A DNA stretch of 17,426 nt from Cyanobacteria bacterium J06626_4 (lineage in GTDB: Bacteria > Cyanobacteriota > Cyanobacteriia > Phormidesmidales > Phormidesmidaceae). The DNA lies in contig JBCBJQ010000119.1 of NCBI GenBank assembly GCA_038523235.1, positions 1 to 17,426 on the forward strand. The letters run 5' to 3'. Shown here piece by piece: positions 7,880 to 17,426 of this stretch (position 1 is its first letter; every line of letters starts with the position of its first letter). The position numbers and the translations under genes were made by a program. The notes beneath the pieces are model-generated. The model ran no database searches, was not told the DNA's origin, and worked only from the letters and a program-made list of their open reading frames with translations.

Positions 7880-8062
7880 GACGCTCCCACCAGCTGCTTG
7901 TTATCTAGGATAGCGGTTCGCTGCCTGCCTACTCCGAAAATCACCGTTGAAAGAATCAATCATGACGCTAGATCAGCTCACTGACAGAGCCATCGTTCAG
8001 CCCCTTCTGCCCTGATCGATCGCCCCCTCCTTTGAGTGGAGAACGTATCCCAGCCTGAGAGT

Positions 8063-8905
8063 TTACTCATCTAGTTCAGTGCTGAGCAGGAGCGCGATCG
8101 CCGTGCGCCAGACCAAATAGCCGCGCTCATTTAAGTGCAGGCCATCGGTGGTGAGATCGGGCCGGAGCGCCCCTTCGCCATTGGCAAACAGCGGGTACAA
8201 ATCGAGATAGTCGACAGCTTGCTCTTGGGCGATGTCGGCAAGGACACTGTTGACGGCCTGAATGCGATCGTTCGGCAGCAGCAACAGACGTTCCCGGCCT
8301 TCCCAGGTGGCATTCGCCGCGCCGTGAGGCAAAATTGACTGCACCACAATGTCCGCCTCAGGGTGTTTACGCTTCAGATACTGCACCGCCTGACGAATAT
8401 GGTCGGTCACCTGACTCTCGGGCTCCCCAGCAATCAGGTCATTGATGCCAATCATCAGAAAGATGCTCTCAACATCGGCCTCATCCAGCGCATTCAACCG
8501 CTTCAGCATCATGTCAGAGCTTTCGCCCGAAATCGCCTGGTTCAGCCAGGTGCGCTGGCCGGGCAGTAGATCCTGCGGAAACCAGAGAGAAATCGAGTCG
8601 CCCAGCAGCACTGTCAATCGGGGCACTGACTCATGGGCTTTGGCCTCTTGCCGCAGCAGCTCGACCCATTGCTGATATTGCAGGTATTGGCGATCGCCGA
8701 GTTGCGGACTGAAGTTATCGACGGCGGCGGGATTATCGGCTACAGAAGCGCTGGCTTGCGGCAGCACCGAGGCATTAGGCGCTATCGCTGTCGCCGGCTG
8801 GCGATCGCGCAGACCAATGATGACTGCCATGAAGAGCAGGACATTCATGGCCAGCGATAGCATCATCCAATTGGGAACTGTGCGAAATTGTTCCAGCGTT
8901 TTCAT
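8063..8905 (-). CDS. SGNH/GDSL-family hydrolase (lipase/esterase) with N-terminal membrane anchor
   Basis: Blocks 'LLGDSIS', 'NQAISGE', 'MIGIND' and 'DGLHL'; hydrophobic segment 'WMMLSLAMNVLLFMAVIIGL'. Confidence 0.9.
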   Translation of the reverse strand: MKTLEQFRTVPNWMMLSLAMNVLLFMAVIIGLRDRQPATAIAPNASVLPQASASVADNPAAVDNFSPQLGDRQYLQYQQWVELLRQEAKAHESVPRLTVLLGDSISLWFPQDLLPGQRTWLNQAISGESSDMMLKRLNALDEADVESIFLMIGINDLIAGEPESQVTDHIRQAVQYLKRKHPEADIVVQSILPHGAANATWEGRERLLLLPNDRIQAVNSVLADIAQEQAVDYLDLYPLFANGEGALRPDLTTDGLHLNERGYLVWRTAIALLLSTELDE

Positions 8906-9261
8906 GAAAAGAGACGCGTGCAGAATGGCTCAAATTGTATCAAGCAGTTCGAGACTGTGTTGCATTCCCACATAAATCCTACAAATGATTGAGGTCGAAT
9001 CTCATCAAGCGTCACAGACGAGTAGATGTCATCGCCAGTTTCCATGCCCTCGCCTTTCTCAGAAGGGTAAGGGAGCGGTAAGAACAGCCAGCCAACTAGA
9101 TGGGGCAGTAGCCCGACCAGCAGGCATTAGGAGACCGGGCGTTAAGGGTGCTGGATTTAAATAATCGCCCCATTCCTGTCAGGGTTTGGCAGTGCCAACC
9201 CCCTGCGATCGAGGACGCTACTGATCCAGGAGATCGGGTGCTGAAATCGTCAGTTGAGCCG

Positions 9262-10353
9262 CTAGACATTAAAGCGAAACAGCATCACATCGCCTTCTTG
9301 AACAGTGTATTCCTTACCTTCACTGCGCACCAGACCTTTTTCCTTAGCGCCATTCATTGAGCCCAGATCGACTAGATCTTGATAAGCCACCGTTTCAGCC
9401 CGAATAAAGCCCCGCTCAAAGTCGGTGTGAATTACCCCCGCCGCTTGAGGGGCCAACATGCCCGCCGTAATCGTCCAGGCGCGAGTCTCTTTGGGGCCAG
9501 TGGTGAAATAGGTGCGCAGGCCCAATAAATCATAAGTGGCACGAATTAAGGACTGTAAGCCCCCCTCGGTAACGCCCAGGGCTTCCAGAAAATCCACTCG
9601 ATCTTCGGCAGACAGTTCCACCAGTTCAGCTTCTACCTGGGCGGAGATAATCACGACTTCTGCGCCTTCAGCCGCTGCGATCGCCCTCACTTTTTCCACA
9701 TAATCATTGCCTGTAGCCAAGTCGTCTTCGTTAACGTTGGCCGCATAGATAACAGGTTTACGCGTCAGCAGCCCCAGGGGTTTGATCAAGAATTCTTCGT
9801 CCGGCGTCAGGTCAACGGTGCGAGCCGTTTTACCCTCGTTGAGCACCGGCAAGAGTTTATCCAGCACATCGACTTCGGCCTGAATGTCTTTCTCTTTGCG
9901 GGCTTGTTTGCGCGCCCGCTCCAGACGTTTCTCAACCTGTGAGAGATCGGACAGCGTCAGTTCCAGATTAATAATTTCGGCATCTCGCGCCGGATCAATC
10001 GAGCCTGAAACATGAATAATGTCGTCATTTTCAAAGCAGCGGACGACATGCACAATCGCATCCACTTCTCGAATATTGGCTAGAAATTGATTGCCCAGCC
10101 CCTCCCCCTTACTAGCGCCAGCAACCAGCCCAGCAATGTCAACGAATTCTACCCGCGCCGGGATAATCTCCTTGGACTCCGAAATTTTGGCTAGCACGGC
10201 GAGGCGAGTATCAGGCACCGCGACAACTCCAACATTGGGCTCAATGGTGCAAAACGGAAAATTCGCTGCCTGCGCTTTGGCATTGGCCACCACAGCATTG
10301 AACAACGTTGATTTGCCCACGTTGGGTAGCCCAACAATTCCGGCTCTCAGCAT
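9262..10353 (-). CDS. ychF: Redox-regulated Obg-family ATPase YchF
   Basis: 'GIVGLPNVGKSTLFNA', 'ANFPFCTIEPN', 'DIAGLV' and a TGS C-terminus 'AAGVIHTDFERGFIRAE...EGKEYTVQEGDVMLFRFNV'; 363 aa. Confidence 0.97.
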   Translation of the reverse strand: MLRAGIVGLPNVGKSTLFNAVVANAKAQAANFPFCTIEPNVGVVAVPDTRLAVLAKISESKEIIPARVEFVDIAGLVAGASKGEGLGNQFLANIREVDAIVHVVRCFENDDIIHVSGSIDPARDAEIINLELTLSDLSQVEKRLERARKQARKEKDIQAEVDVLDKLLPVLNEGKTARTVDLTPDEEFLIKPLGLLTRKPVIYAANVNEDDLATGNDYVEKVRAIAAAEGAEVVIISAQVEAELVELSAEDRVDFLEALGVTEGGLQSLIRATYDLLGLRTYFTTGPKETRAWTITAGMLAPQAAGVIHTDFERGFIRAETVAYQDLVDLGSMNGAKEKGLVRSEGKEYTVQEGDVMLFRFNV

Positions 10354-10440
10354 AGCGATCGCACCGACACAGTAAATAAACCTTTACCAGCATAGTGGAT
10401 GTTCGGAGCGAGTATTCGCCCACACGGGCATCCGCCTGGA

Positions 10441-10698
10441 TCAGCTATCGCCGAGGGTTTCAATCAGCAAATCAACCTGCTCTTGCCGCGCTTGTAAGAA
10501 GCTTTCACACTGCTGCAAATCGACCACCGCTTGCTCAAACTCTTCGAAAACAGCAGCGAGTGGCAGTTCCCCCTGCTCTAGCCGAGTGACCGTGGCTTCA
10601 ATTTTGGCGACCGTGGCTTCGTAAGACCAGGTGGGATCAGTTTCAGGAGAGGACGTCCTAGGGGAGGCAGTTTTGGGAGCTTTGGCGGCTTTAGTCAT
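10441..10698 (-). CDS. xseB: Exodeoxyribonuclease VII small subunit
   Basis: '[45 protein letters not shown]...VDLLIETL', directly downstream of xseA. I prefer the ATG at 10698; an upstream in-frame ATG at 10776 is possible. Confidence 0.92.
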   Translation of the reverse strand: MTKAAKAPKTASPRTSSPETDPTWSYEATVAKIEATVTRLEQGELPLAAVFEEFEQAVVDLQQCESFLQARQEQVDLLIETLGDS

Positions 10699-10793
10699 TG
10701 TCAGTTTTGCGAGTTGAGGGCAAATTTGTGCGGGCAAAGAAATATCGGGGAATCGGGCAGTATCCGAGGAGATCATGATTAAAAATGGGACTT

Positions 10794-12065
10794 TTAAGCC
10801 GACGAGGACGACGGTTCCGGGGCAGATGTTGGCGGCTCTCCGACCGCTTTGACCTCAGCCTGCAGCGATCCCTGAGCTAGCTGCACCTGCACAATATCGC
10901 CCACTTGAACGTCAGCTGTCGTTTCTAAAACGCGATCTCGTTCGGTTCGCACGATCGCGTAGCCCCGTTTCAGCACTGCGGCCGGATCGAGGCTCTGCAA
11001 CGTTTGCGAGAGATAGCGACAGTGTTGTTGAGCCGTTTGCAGACGGTTAGGTACGCCCTGGCGCAGCCGATGACGATACCAGTTCAATCGCTGCTGCTCT
11101 TGCTGCAAAGTTTGCTCAAGGTGCAACTGTTCGAGCCGGCGACGCAGGTCGGCCACTTGCTCATAATGCATCTGCACCGCTGACTGCAGAGCCGCTTTCA
11201 CGATTTGCCGGCGACCGTCGTGGGCAGCCCAGAGATCTGCGAGGTGGGGCACAGCTCGCTCCGCCGCTGCGGTGGGCGTGTGAGCACACCAATCTGCAGC
11301 CAAATCCGCTAAGGTTTCATCTCGTTCATGCCCGATGCCGGTGATGACAGGGACTGGATGAAGGGCGATCGCCCGCACCACCCGCTCATCATCAAACGCA
11401 TCCAAATCTTCCCGCGCGCCACCCCCCCGCGCCACCATCACCAGCTCAGCGCGGCGGTCAGTGGCCACCCGTGCCAGCGCTGCCGCGATCGATTCCGGCG
11501 CTTGCGCCCCCTGTACGATTGCGGGTGACAGCAGCACGCTTAATCCAGGCTGTCGTTGCTTCAGGGTCTTTTGAATATCCCCCCAAGCCGCTGCCTGGGG
11601 CGAAGTCACCACTGCCACACAGCGGGGATAAGTCGGCAATGGTCGCTTTAGATCATTGTCAAACACGCCTTCGGCCGCCAGACGCTCATAGAGTTGACGT
11701 CGCCGCAACGCCTGCAACCCCGCGCCCGCTGGGAGGATCTGTAGTGTATTGAGCTGATACTGGCCACGCGCCGCGTACACCCGCACCTGCCCCAGCAGAA
11801 ACACCTGCTCGCCTGCTACGGGAGGCGTCACTAACTTGACTCGCTGCGATCGCCACACCACCGCCTGAATCGACGCCGTCGTCTCAGTATCTTGCAGGGT
11901 CAAAAAGAGATGCCCGTTGCGATCGTGGGCACTGGAAATTTCGCCGACCACCCATACCTGATGTAGCTGCGGATCCTGCTCTAGCAGCGCTTGAATATAG
12001 GCCGTAACGCCCGCCACACTCACAGCCTCTTCGGGCACTTTTACTGAAATTTGCGACACAGTCAT
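10794..12065 (-). CDS. xseA: Exodeoxyribonuclease VII large subunit
   Basis: OB-fold 'VWVVGEISS...GHLFLTLQD', then '[15 protein letters not shown]', '[11 protein letters not shown]', '[16 protein letters not shown]...TPTAAAE' and '[14 protein letters not shown]'. Confidence 0.96.
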   Translation of the reverse strand: MTVSQISVKVPEEAVSVAGVTAYIQALLEQDPQLHQVWVVGEISSAHDRNGHLFLTLQDTETTASIQAVVWRSQRVKLVTPPVAGEQVFLLGQVRVYAARGQYQLNTLQILPAGAGLQALRRRQLYERLAAEGVFDNDLKRPLPTYPRCVAVVTSPQAAAWGDIQKTLKQRQPGLSVLLSPAIVQGAQAPESIAAALARVATDRRAELVMVARGGGAREDLDAFDDERVVRAIALHPVPVITGIGHERDETLADLAADWCAHTPTAAAERAVPHLADLWAAHDGRRQIVKAALQSAVQMHYEQVADLRRRLEQLHLEQTLQQEQQRLNWYRHRLRQGVPNRLQTAQQHCRYLSQTLQSLDPAAVLKRGYAIVRTERDRVLETTADVQVGDIVQVQLAQGSLQAEVKAVGEPPTSAPEPSSSSA

Positions 12066-12125
12066 AATGCTTACTGAAATTGATCGCGATGCTCACGCCA
12101 GCGCCTAGAACCGCTCTAGAATTTT

Positions 12126-12139
12126 AGTACACTTGTATG
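12126..12139. promoter_or_regulatory. Putative cyanobacterial LexA (SOS) box in the xseA-recA divergent region
   Basis: AGTACACTTGTATG matches RGTACNNNDGTWCB at 13 of 14 positions. It abuts a -10-like TATGAT (12140-12145) about 100 bp upstream of recA. Confidence 0.6.
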
Positions 12140-12246
12140 TATGATGAGAAGGTAAAAAAATCAGGTTTATCGTTAGACTAAACGATAACTTTGCATCAGC
12201 CTCATCGCTGACCGCGTAACCAGCACTCTGCGACCTAAGGGAAAGT

Positions 12247-13317
12247 ATGGCTAAGACGACCACTGGCAACCCCGACAAAGATAAGGCATTGAGCATGGTG
12301 CTCAACCAGATTGAGCGCAACTTTGGCAAAGGCTCAATCATGAAGCTCGGCGACGCCAGCCGGATGAAGGTCGCGACCGTTTCGACCGGAGCGCTGACCC
12401 TCGATATGGCCTTGGGGGGTGGCTTGCCCAAAGGGCGAGTGATCGAGATTTATGGCCCCGAAAGTTCGGGTAAAACGACGCTAGCGCTGCATGCTCTGGC
12501 GGAAGTGCAAAAGCAGGGGGGTACCGCCGCCTTTGTGGATGCTGAACATGCCCTCGATCCGATTTATGCGCGGGCCCTGGGCGTCAATATTGATGAGCTG
12601 TTCGTCTCGCAGCCCGATACCGGCGAAGCCGCACTAGAAATTGTGGATCAGTTGGTGCGATCGTCGGCGATCGACCTGGTCGTCGTCGATTCTGTCGCGG
12701 CCTTAGTGCCCCGGGCAGAAATTGAAGGGGAAATGGGCGATGCCCACGTCGGTCTGCAGGCACGACTGATGAGTCAAGCCCTCAGGAAAATCACGGGCAA
12801 CATCGGTAAGTCCGGCTGTACCGTCATCTTTCTAAATCAGCTCCGTCTCAAAATTGGCGTCGTTTACGGCAACCCAGAAACCACTACCGGCGGCAATGCC
12901 CTCAAATTCTATGCCTCTGTCAGGCTCGATATTCGCAGAATTCAGACGCTCAAAAAGGGTACTGAAGAATACGGCATTCGCGCCAAGGTCAAGGTCGCCA
13001 AGAACAAAGTTGCGCCGCCGTTCCGCATTGCCGAATTTGACATCATTTTTGGCCAAGGCATCTCTACCCTCGGTTGCATCGTCGATTTGGCCGAGAAGCA
13101 CGACATCATTATCCGCAAAGGGGCTTGGTACAGCTATAACGGCGAAAACATTAGTCAGGGCCGCGATAACGCTATTAAACTACTCGATGAAAAGCCCGAA
13201 CTGGCCCAAGAAATTGAGGCCAAAGTCAAGCAAAAGCTAGAAATCGGCGGCGCACCAGAAACCAATGGCAAGGGTGCTGCCGATGATCTCGACGACATGC
13301 CTGACGACGATGATTAA
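12247..13317 (+). CDS. recA: Recombinase RecA
   Basis: '[13 protein letters not shown]', 'DAEHALDP', '[14 protein letters not shown]', '[11 protein letters not shown]', '[12 protein letters not shown]' and 'KNKVAPPF'; acidic C-terminal tail; no intein. Confidence 0.99.
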   Translation: MAKTTTGNPDKDKALSMVLNQIERNFGKGSIMKLGDASRMKVATVSTGALTLDMALGGGLPKGRVIEIYGPESSGKTTLALHALAEVQKQGGTAAFVDAEHALDPIYARALGVNIDELFVSQPDTGEAALEIVDQLVRSSAIDLVVVDSVAALVPRAEIEGEMGDAHVGLQARLMSQALRKITGNIGKSGCTVIFLNQLRLKIGVVYGNPETTTGGNALKFYASVRLDIRRIQTLKKGTEEYGIRAKVKVAKNKVAPPFRIAEFDIIFGQGISTLGCIVDLAEKHDIIIRKGAWYSYNGENISQGRDNAIKLLDEKPELAQEIEAKVKQKLEIGGAPETNGKGAADDLDDMPDDDD

Positions 13318-13461
13318 GCCATTAATCCTGAGAGCGCAGTCAGCGGCTGGAGGGTATCGCCCGGTAATCGGTTAGAAACCTCGGAGCATCGGCACTTGCC
13401 GCAATGTCCCAATAGCCGGTTTTCCCGACCACATCTATCACTTCGCTACAAACCACTGACC

Positions 13462-14529
13462 TTATTTAGCCGCGGTCTGTAGGGAGGGGGCGATCGCGGT
13501 AGCCAGTTTTCTGAGCATTTCGGCAGTCTTGTCAAAATTGACGCAGGCATCCGTAATGCTCTGCCCGTACTTGAGCTGAGTCAAGTCGTCGGGAATCGGC
13601 TGCTTACCTTCCACCAGATGACTCTCCACCATTACTCCCAGAATATGCCGGGCTCCCGACGCCATCTGCTGAGCGATGTGATCTAAAACTACAATTTGCT
13701 GATTGTGATCTTTTTGGGAATTTGCGTGGCTGCAGTCCACCATCATGCGGGGATTGAGGCCCAGCCCTGACAGTTCTGCTGCGGCCTGCTGCACAGAAGC
13801 CTCATCATAGTTCGGCCCGTGCTTACCGCCGCGTAGCACCAGATGCCCATCCGGGTTACCCGTCGTGGTCACGATACTGGCCAAACCATGATGGTTGATG
13901 CCCAAAAAGTGATGGGGGCGGCTGGCGGCTACCATGGCATTCATCGCCGCTAACAAACTGCCATCAGTATTGTTCTTAAACCCAATCGGCATCGACAGAC
14001 CAGAGGCCATCTCTCGGTGCGTTTGGCTCTCGGTAGTGCGTGCCCCAATCGCTGTCCAGGCAATCACATCAGCAATGTATTGAGGCGTGATGGGATCTAA
14101 TAGTTCCGTCGCGGCTGGCAAACCCATATGGGCTAGATCCAGCAGCAGTCGTCGCGCCAACCGCAAACCCGTATTAATGTCGTAGCTACCGTCTAGATGG
14201 GGATCGTTGATGAGGCCCTTCCAGCCCACATTGGTACGAGGCTTTTCAAAGTAAACTCGCATCACGATCTCTAACGAATCTGACAGCTCTTCGCGCAGCG
14301 CAGTCAGTTTTTGACCGTATTCCAACGCGGCGTCCACATCATGCACCGAGCACGGCCCAACAATCACCAGCAACCGCTGATCTTCGTTGTACAGAATATT
14401 GCGAATGCGATCGCGGGTCTTCGTCACCAATGCCGCGGCAATTTCAGTCAGAGGCAGTTCGTGGTGAATCAGTGCCGGACTGGCCAACGGGCGGGTTTCA
14501 ACAACATGAAGATCCTGAGTCTTGTGCAT
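13462..14529 (-). CDS. 3-deoxy-7-phosphoheptulonate (DAHP) synthase, class I-alpha (AroF/AroG/AroH type)
   Basis: 'LLVIVGPCSVHD', 'RVYFEKPRT..GWKGLINDP', 'IGARTTESQTHREMASGLS', 'DCSHANS' and 'YGQSITDAC'. Confidence 0.96.
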   Translation of the reverse strand: MHKTQDLHVVETRPLASPALIHHELPLTEIAAALVTKTRDRIRNILYNEDQRLLVIVGPCSVHDVDAALEYGQKLTALREELSDSLEIVMRVYFEKPRTNVGWKGLINDPHLDGSYDINTGLRLARRLLLDLAHMGLPAATELLDPITPQYIADVIAWTAIGARTTESQTHREMASGLSMPIGFKNNTDGSLLAAMNAMVAASRPHHFLGINHHGLASIVTTTGNPDGHLVLRGGKHGPNYDEASVQQAAAELSGLGLNPRMMVDCSHANSQKDHNQQIVVLDHIAQQMASGARHILGVMVESHLVEGKQPIPDDLTQLKYGQSITDACVNFDKTAEMLRKLATAIAPSLQTAAK

Positions 14530-15033
14530 GAACTTTGATAATTGCGAGCGGTGTTTTAAGTATCCCTCATCATTGTGGTGGTTTCCGCGTCGGTTGTGAG
14601 CGCTTTCTTAGCAAAATATTGTCTGTAGAATTGTCCAACCCATCCGGTTTGAACTGAGTTGCCGCCTCGATATCGCCGCCCGTTAAATGGTCGGCCCCCT
14701 CCAGAGCGTTCCTATCGCTACATTCAGAGAGAAATATATCGTGAGAGCATGGCTTACATCGACTACTCAGCGGGTCTATTCAGTCCCTGAATTTGGCGCA
14801 AAAATCTGCTGCCAGGGAACGCTGCCAAGCGCTGCTCATCAAGCTTTGAATACCTTTGAGATCCCATGGCAGCCCGCTAAAACCGCAATCTCAGCCTTTG
14901 TGCAGTGGTACAGCCCTGACTAGCGGCCTAGTATCATTAGCGTCAAGATAAATTATCAGCTTCACCCAAGTGAGCTGCCCCGTTTGTTTAGGGCCAATTT
15001 TTTGTCTTTTAACCGGCCCTGCCACCCTTTGAG

Positions 15034-15897
15034 ATGCCTTTGACCAGAACCGTCAGTGCCCTCGTGGCACTCTTGTTTGCTTTTGTAATTGTTGTCCTGG
15101 GTGGATGGTACTTCACCCTGGCGTTTGGCGTGATTGTCTTTTTGGGGCAACGAGAGATCTTTCAACTTGTGCAGGCAAAAGGGATTTTACCCGCTGCAAA
15201 AATTACCCTGTGCGTCAGCCAACTCCTGATTGTATTTGCCCATATTTCGCCCGATTGGGCCAATGCCGTGTTGCCTTTGGGCGGGACCTTTATCTGCTTT
15301 TACTTACTTTTTCAACCCAAGTTCGCTTCCATTGCCGATGTGGCCGCTTCCATTCTGGGTTTGTTTTACGGCGGCTATTTGCCCAGCTATTGGATTCGAC
15401 TTCGAGACTTAGAAGCCTCTGGCTCGTTACCTCTGGGCGGGTTTTGGCCGACGCTACCGCTGCAGGGCCAATCTCTGCCCGTCGGCCTCACGGCGACGCT
15501 GCTCGCGTTTTCTTGCATTTGCGCCGCCGATATCGGGGCGTACCTGATTGGGCGGTCTTTTGGCAAAACACCGCTGTCGGGTATCAGCCCTAAAAAAACT
15601 GTAGAAGGTGCCGTCTTTGGCATGTTTGCCAGCATTTCTGTCGGGATGACCGGGGCCGTGCTGCTGGCTTGGCCACTATGGCCTCTATCCGGAGGGGCGC
15701 TCGGGGCGCTGATCGGCATCAGCAGTTTATTGGGCGACCTCACCGAATCACTGATGAAACGTGATGCCGGGGTGAAAGACTCAGGGCAACTGATTCCCGG
15801 GCATGGCGGTATTTTGGACCGCACCGACAGCTATGTTTTTACAGCTCCCATCGTCTACTATTTCGTCACTTTGCTATTGCCTAGCTTACCGGGCTAA
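15034..15897 (+). CDS. cdsA: Phosphatidate cytidylyltransferase
   Basis: Polytopic membrane protein with 'ADIGAYLIGRSFGKTPLSGISPKKTVEG' and 'GDLTESLMKRDAGVKDSGQLIPGHGGILDRTDS'. Confidence 0.96.
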   Translation: MPLTRTVSALVALLFAFVIVVLGGWYFTLAFGVIVFLGQREIFQLVQAKGILPAAKITLCVSQLLIVFAHISPDWANAVLPLGGTFICFYLLFQPKFASIADVAASILGLFYGGYLPSYWIRLRDLEASGSLPLGGFWPTLPLQGQSLPVGLTATLLAFSCICAADIGAYLIGRSFGKTPLSGISPKKTVEGAVFGMFASISVGMTGAVLLAWPLWPLSGGALGALIGISSLLGDLTESLMKRDAGVKDSGQLIPGHGGILDRTDSYVFTAPIVYYFVTLLLPSLPG

Positions 15898-16233
15898 CCC
15901 TCACCGGCAGCCAGACTATTTCTCCTCCGTTCAGCCTGGGAGCGATCAACAAGACTGCCATAACTCAACCCCCACTCTCGATGTCTGGGTCACAATAATC
16001 AGCAGTGCCATGAATCGCCCCAATAGGCCATTTTTTCCACCAGCGATAAATGTGGTTCAAGCCTGTCTGACCGGTTGAGACTGCCGCCGTTCTACCCCAT
16101 CCATCGCCGGATCGCTTGATCCCCTCTCTCGTCACGGCCTACTATCCGCCATTCCCCTCCTCTGATAGACTGAATGACTGAGGTTGGATCTGGTCAGACC
16201 CATGAGAAACGGCAGTTTTGGAGGATATGAGCC

Positions 16234-17274
16234 TTGTTAGAAACGACACTTGGTTTAGAGATTATTGAAGTTGTTGAGAAGGCAGCGATCGCATCGGCTC
16301 GCTGGATGGGTAAGGGCGAAAAAGATACTGCTGACCTTGTCGCCGTCGAAGCCATGCGGGAACGCATGAACGAGATTCACATGCGGGGTCGCATTGTGAT
16401 TGGTGAGGGCGAACGTGATGATGCCCCCATGCTCTACATTGGTGAAGAAGTCGGTATTTGCACCCGCGAAGACGCTAAAGACTATTGCAATCCCGACGAA
16501 CTTATTGAAATTGACATTGCGGTTGATCCCTGTGAAGGCACAAACCTCTGTGCCTATGGTCAGCCCGGATCGATGGCCGTGCTCGCCATCTCCGAGAAGG
16601 GCGGCCTGTTTCACGCCCCCGATTTTTATATGAAAAAACTGGCAGCACCCTCTGCGGCCAAGGGCAAAGTTGACATTCGCAAGTCAGCCACTGAAAACCT
16701 CAAGATTTTAGGTGAATGCCTCGATCGCGCCATTGATGAGTTGGTGGTCGTGGTGATGAAACGCGATCGCCACACGGAACTGATTCAAGAGATCCGCGAC
16801 GCGGGTGCTCGAGTGCGCTTGATTAGCGATGGCGACGTCTCAGCCGCGATTTCCTGTGGCTTTTCAGGCACCAATACCCACGCGCTGATGGGCATTGGCG
16901 CCGCTCCCGAAGGGGTGATTTCAGCCGCAGCGATGCGTTGCCTGGGTGGGCATTTCCAGGGGCAGCTCATCTACGATCCGGCAATTGTGAAAACGGGCCT
17001 GATTGGTGAGAGCCGCGAGTCGAACCTCGCCCGCCTGAAGGAAATGGGCATTAATGATGCCGACAAGGTCTATGAAGCCGAAGAGCTGGCTTCTGGTGAA
17101 ACCGTTTTGTTCGCCGCTTGTGGCATCACCTCCGGCACCCTGATGGAAGGCGTTCGCTTCTTCCATGGTGGCGCCCGGACGCAGAGTCTGGTCATTTCCA
17201 GTCAGTCACAAACCGCTCGCTTTGTTGACACCATCCACATGCCTGAGAAGCCGAAACTGATTCAACTCAAATAA
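16234..17274 (+). CDS. glpX: Bifunctional fructose-1,6-/sedoheptulose-1,7-bisphosphatase (class II FBPase)
   Basis: '[18 protein letters not shown]', '[20 protein letters not shown]', '[12 protein letters not shown]', 'LISDGDV' and '[12 protein letters not shown]'. TTG start with a GGAGG ribosome-binding site upstream. Confidence 0.97.
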   Translation: MLETTLGLEIIEVVEKAAIASARWMGKGEKDTADLVAVEAMRERMNEIHMRGRIVIGEGERDDAPMLYIGEEVGICTREDAKDYCNPDELIEIDIAVDPCEGTNLCAYGQPGSMAVLAISEKGGLFHAPDFYMKKLAAPSAAKGKVDIRKSATENLKILGECLDRAIDELVVVVMKRDRHTELIQEIRDAGARVRLISDGDVSAAISCGFSGTNTHALMGIGAAPEGVISAAAMRCLGGHFQGQLIYDPAIVKTGLIGESRESNLARLKEMGINDADKVYEAEELASGETVLFAACGITSGTLMEGVRFFHGGARTQSLVISSQSQTARFVDTIHMPEKPKLIQLK

Positions 17275-17426
17275 TCCTCAGGTCATCAGCCCTGGGGCTA
17301 ACACTGCCCGTTCTCAGGGTCTGAGTGCAGTTGGTTGGCTATCAGCTAATAACGCGATGTGCAACTAAAAGATTGAGAAAAAGTTCCATCTCTGTAAGCT
17401 AGAGCTAGCGATAGTTCTAAGCACTT

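Larger units (their letters stand above)
1011..16770. repeat. HIP1 (GCGATCGC) dispersed octamer palindromes, at least 19 perfect copies
   Basis: Seen starting at 1011, 2159, 2764, 3591, 3886, 4578, 4845, 4938, 8094, 8690, 8801, 9677, 10355, 11365, 11846, 13490, 14407, 16285 and 16763. Roughly 0.3 copies are expected by chance in 17.4 kb. Confidence 0.93.

Noticed and set aside
9180..9205. Imperfect hairpin CAGGGTTTGGC-agt-GCCAACCCCCTG after ychF
   Set aside because: Plausible 3' stem, but it is imperfect with no U-tract; insufficient to call a terminator or ncRNA.
14687..14923. 78-aa ORF in the DAHP synthase-cdsA divergent spacer
   Set aside because: No recognisable domain or RBS. The region more likely holds divergent promoters, although a small protein cannot be excluded without a homology search.
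219..17166. Numerous antisense or overlapping ORFs within sigG, mobA, ispH, the GDSL gene, ychF, xseA, recA, cdsA and glpX
   Set aside because: They overlap well-supported conserved genes and have no independent motifs, as expected for shadow ORFs at this GC content.
17363..17387. Minus-strand GGAAC-N17-GTT ECF-like element downstream of glpX
   Set aside because: It would point antisense into glpX, has a weak -10 match, and short motifs like this occur by chance.

Overview
Core-genome segment of a cyanobacterium: at least 19 perfect HIP1 octamers GCGATCGC, plus cyanobacterial-type SigG, IspH, GlpX and DUF3146. A filamentous Leptolyngbya-like organism is my inference. It carries 14 credible CDSs, mostly housekeeping: sigG-like ECF sigma factor, a short HmpF-N-like coiled-coil protein, a YqgF-like RNase H-fold nuclease, DUF3146, mobA, an unknown membrane protein, a YHS protein, ispH, an SGNH hydrolase, ychF, xseB/xseA divergent from recA (LexA-like box between them), DAHP synthase, cdsA and glpX. 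I saw no RNA genes, mobile elements or CRISPR arrays. The standout locus is 5079-6350. It encodes an exported protein with a signal peptide, 22 tandem xPCA(A/G) cysteine repeats and a YHS domain. Upstream lie four direct repeats spaced exactly 11 bp apart, an OmpR-type operator architecture, and downstream lies a strong hairpin. Together these suggest a stand-alone, possibly metal- or redox-inducible cysteine-repeat protein; that function is inference.
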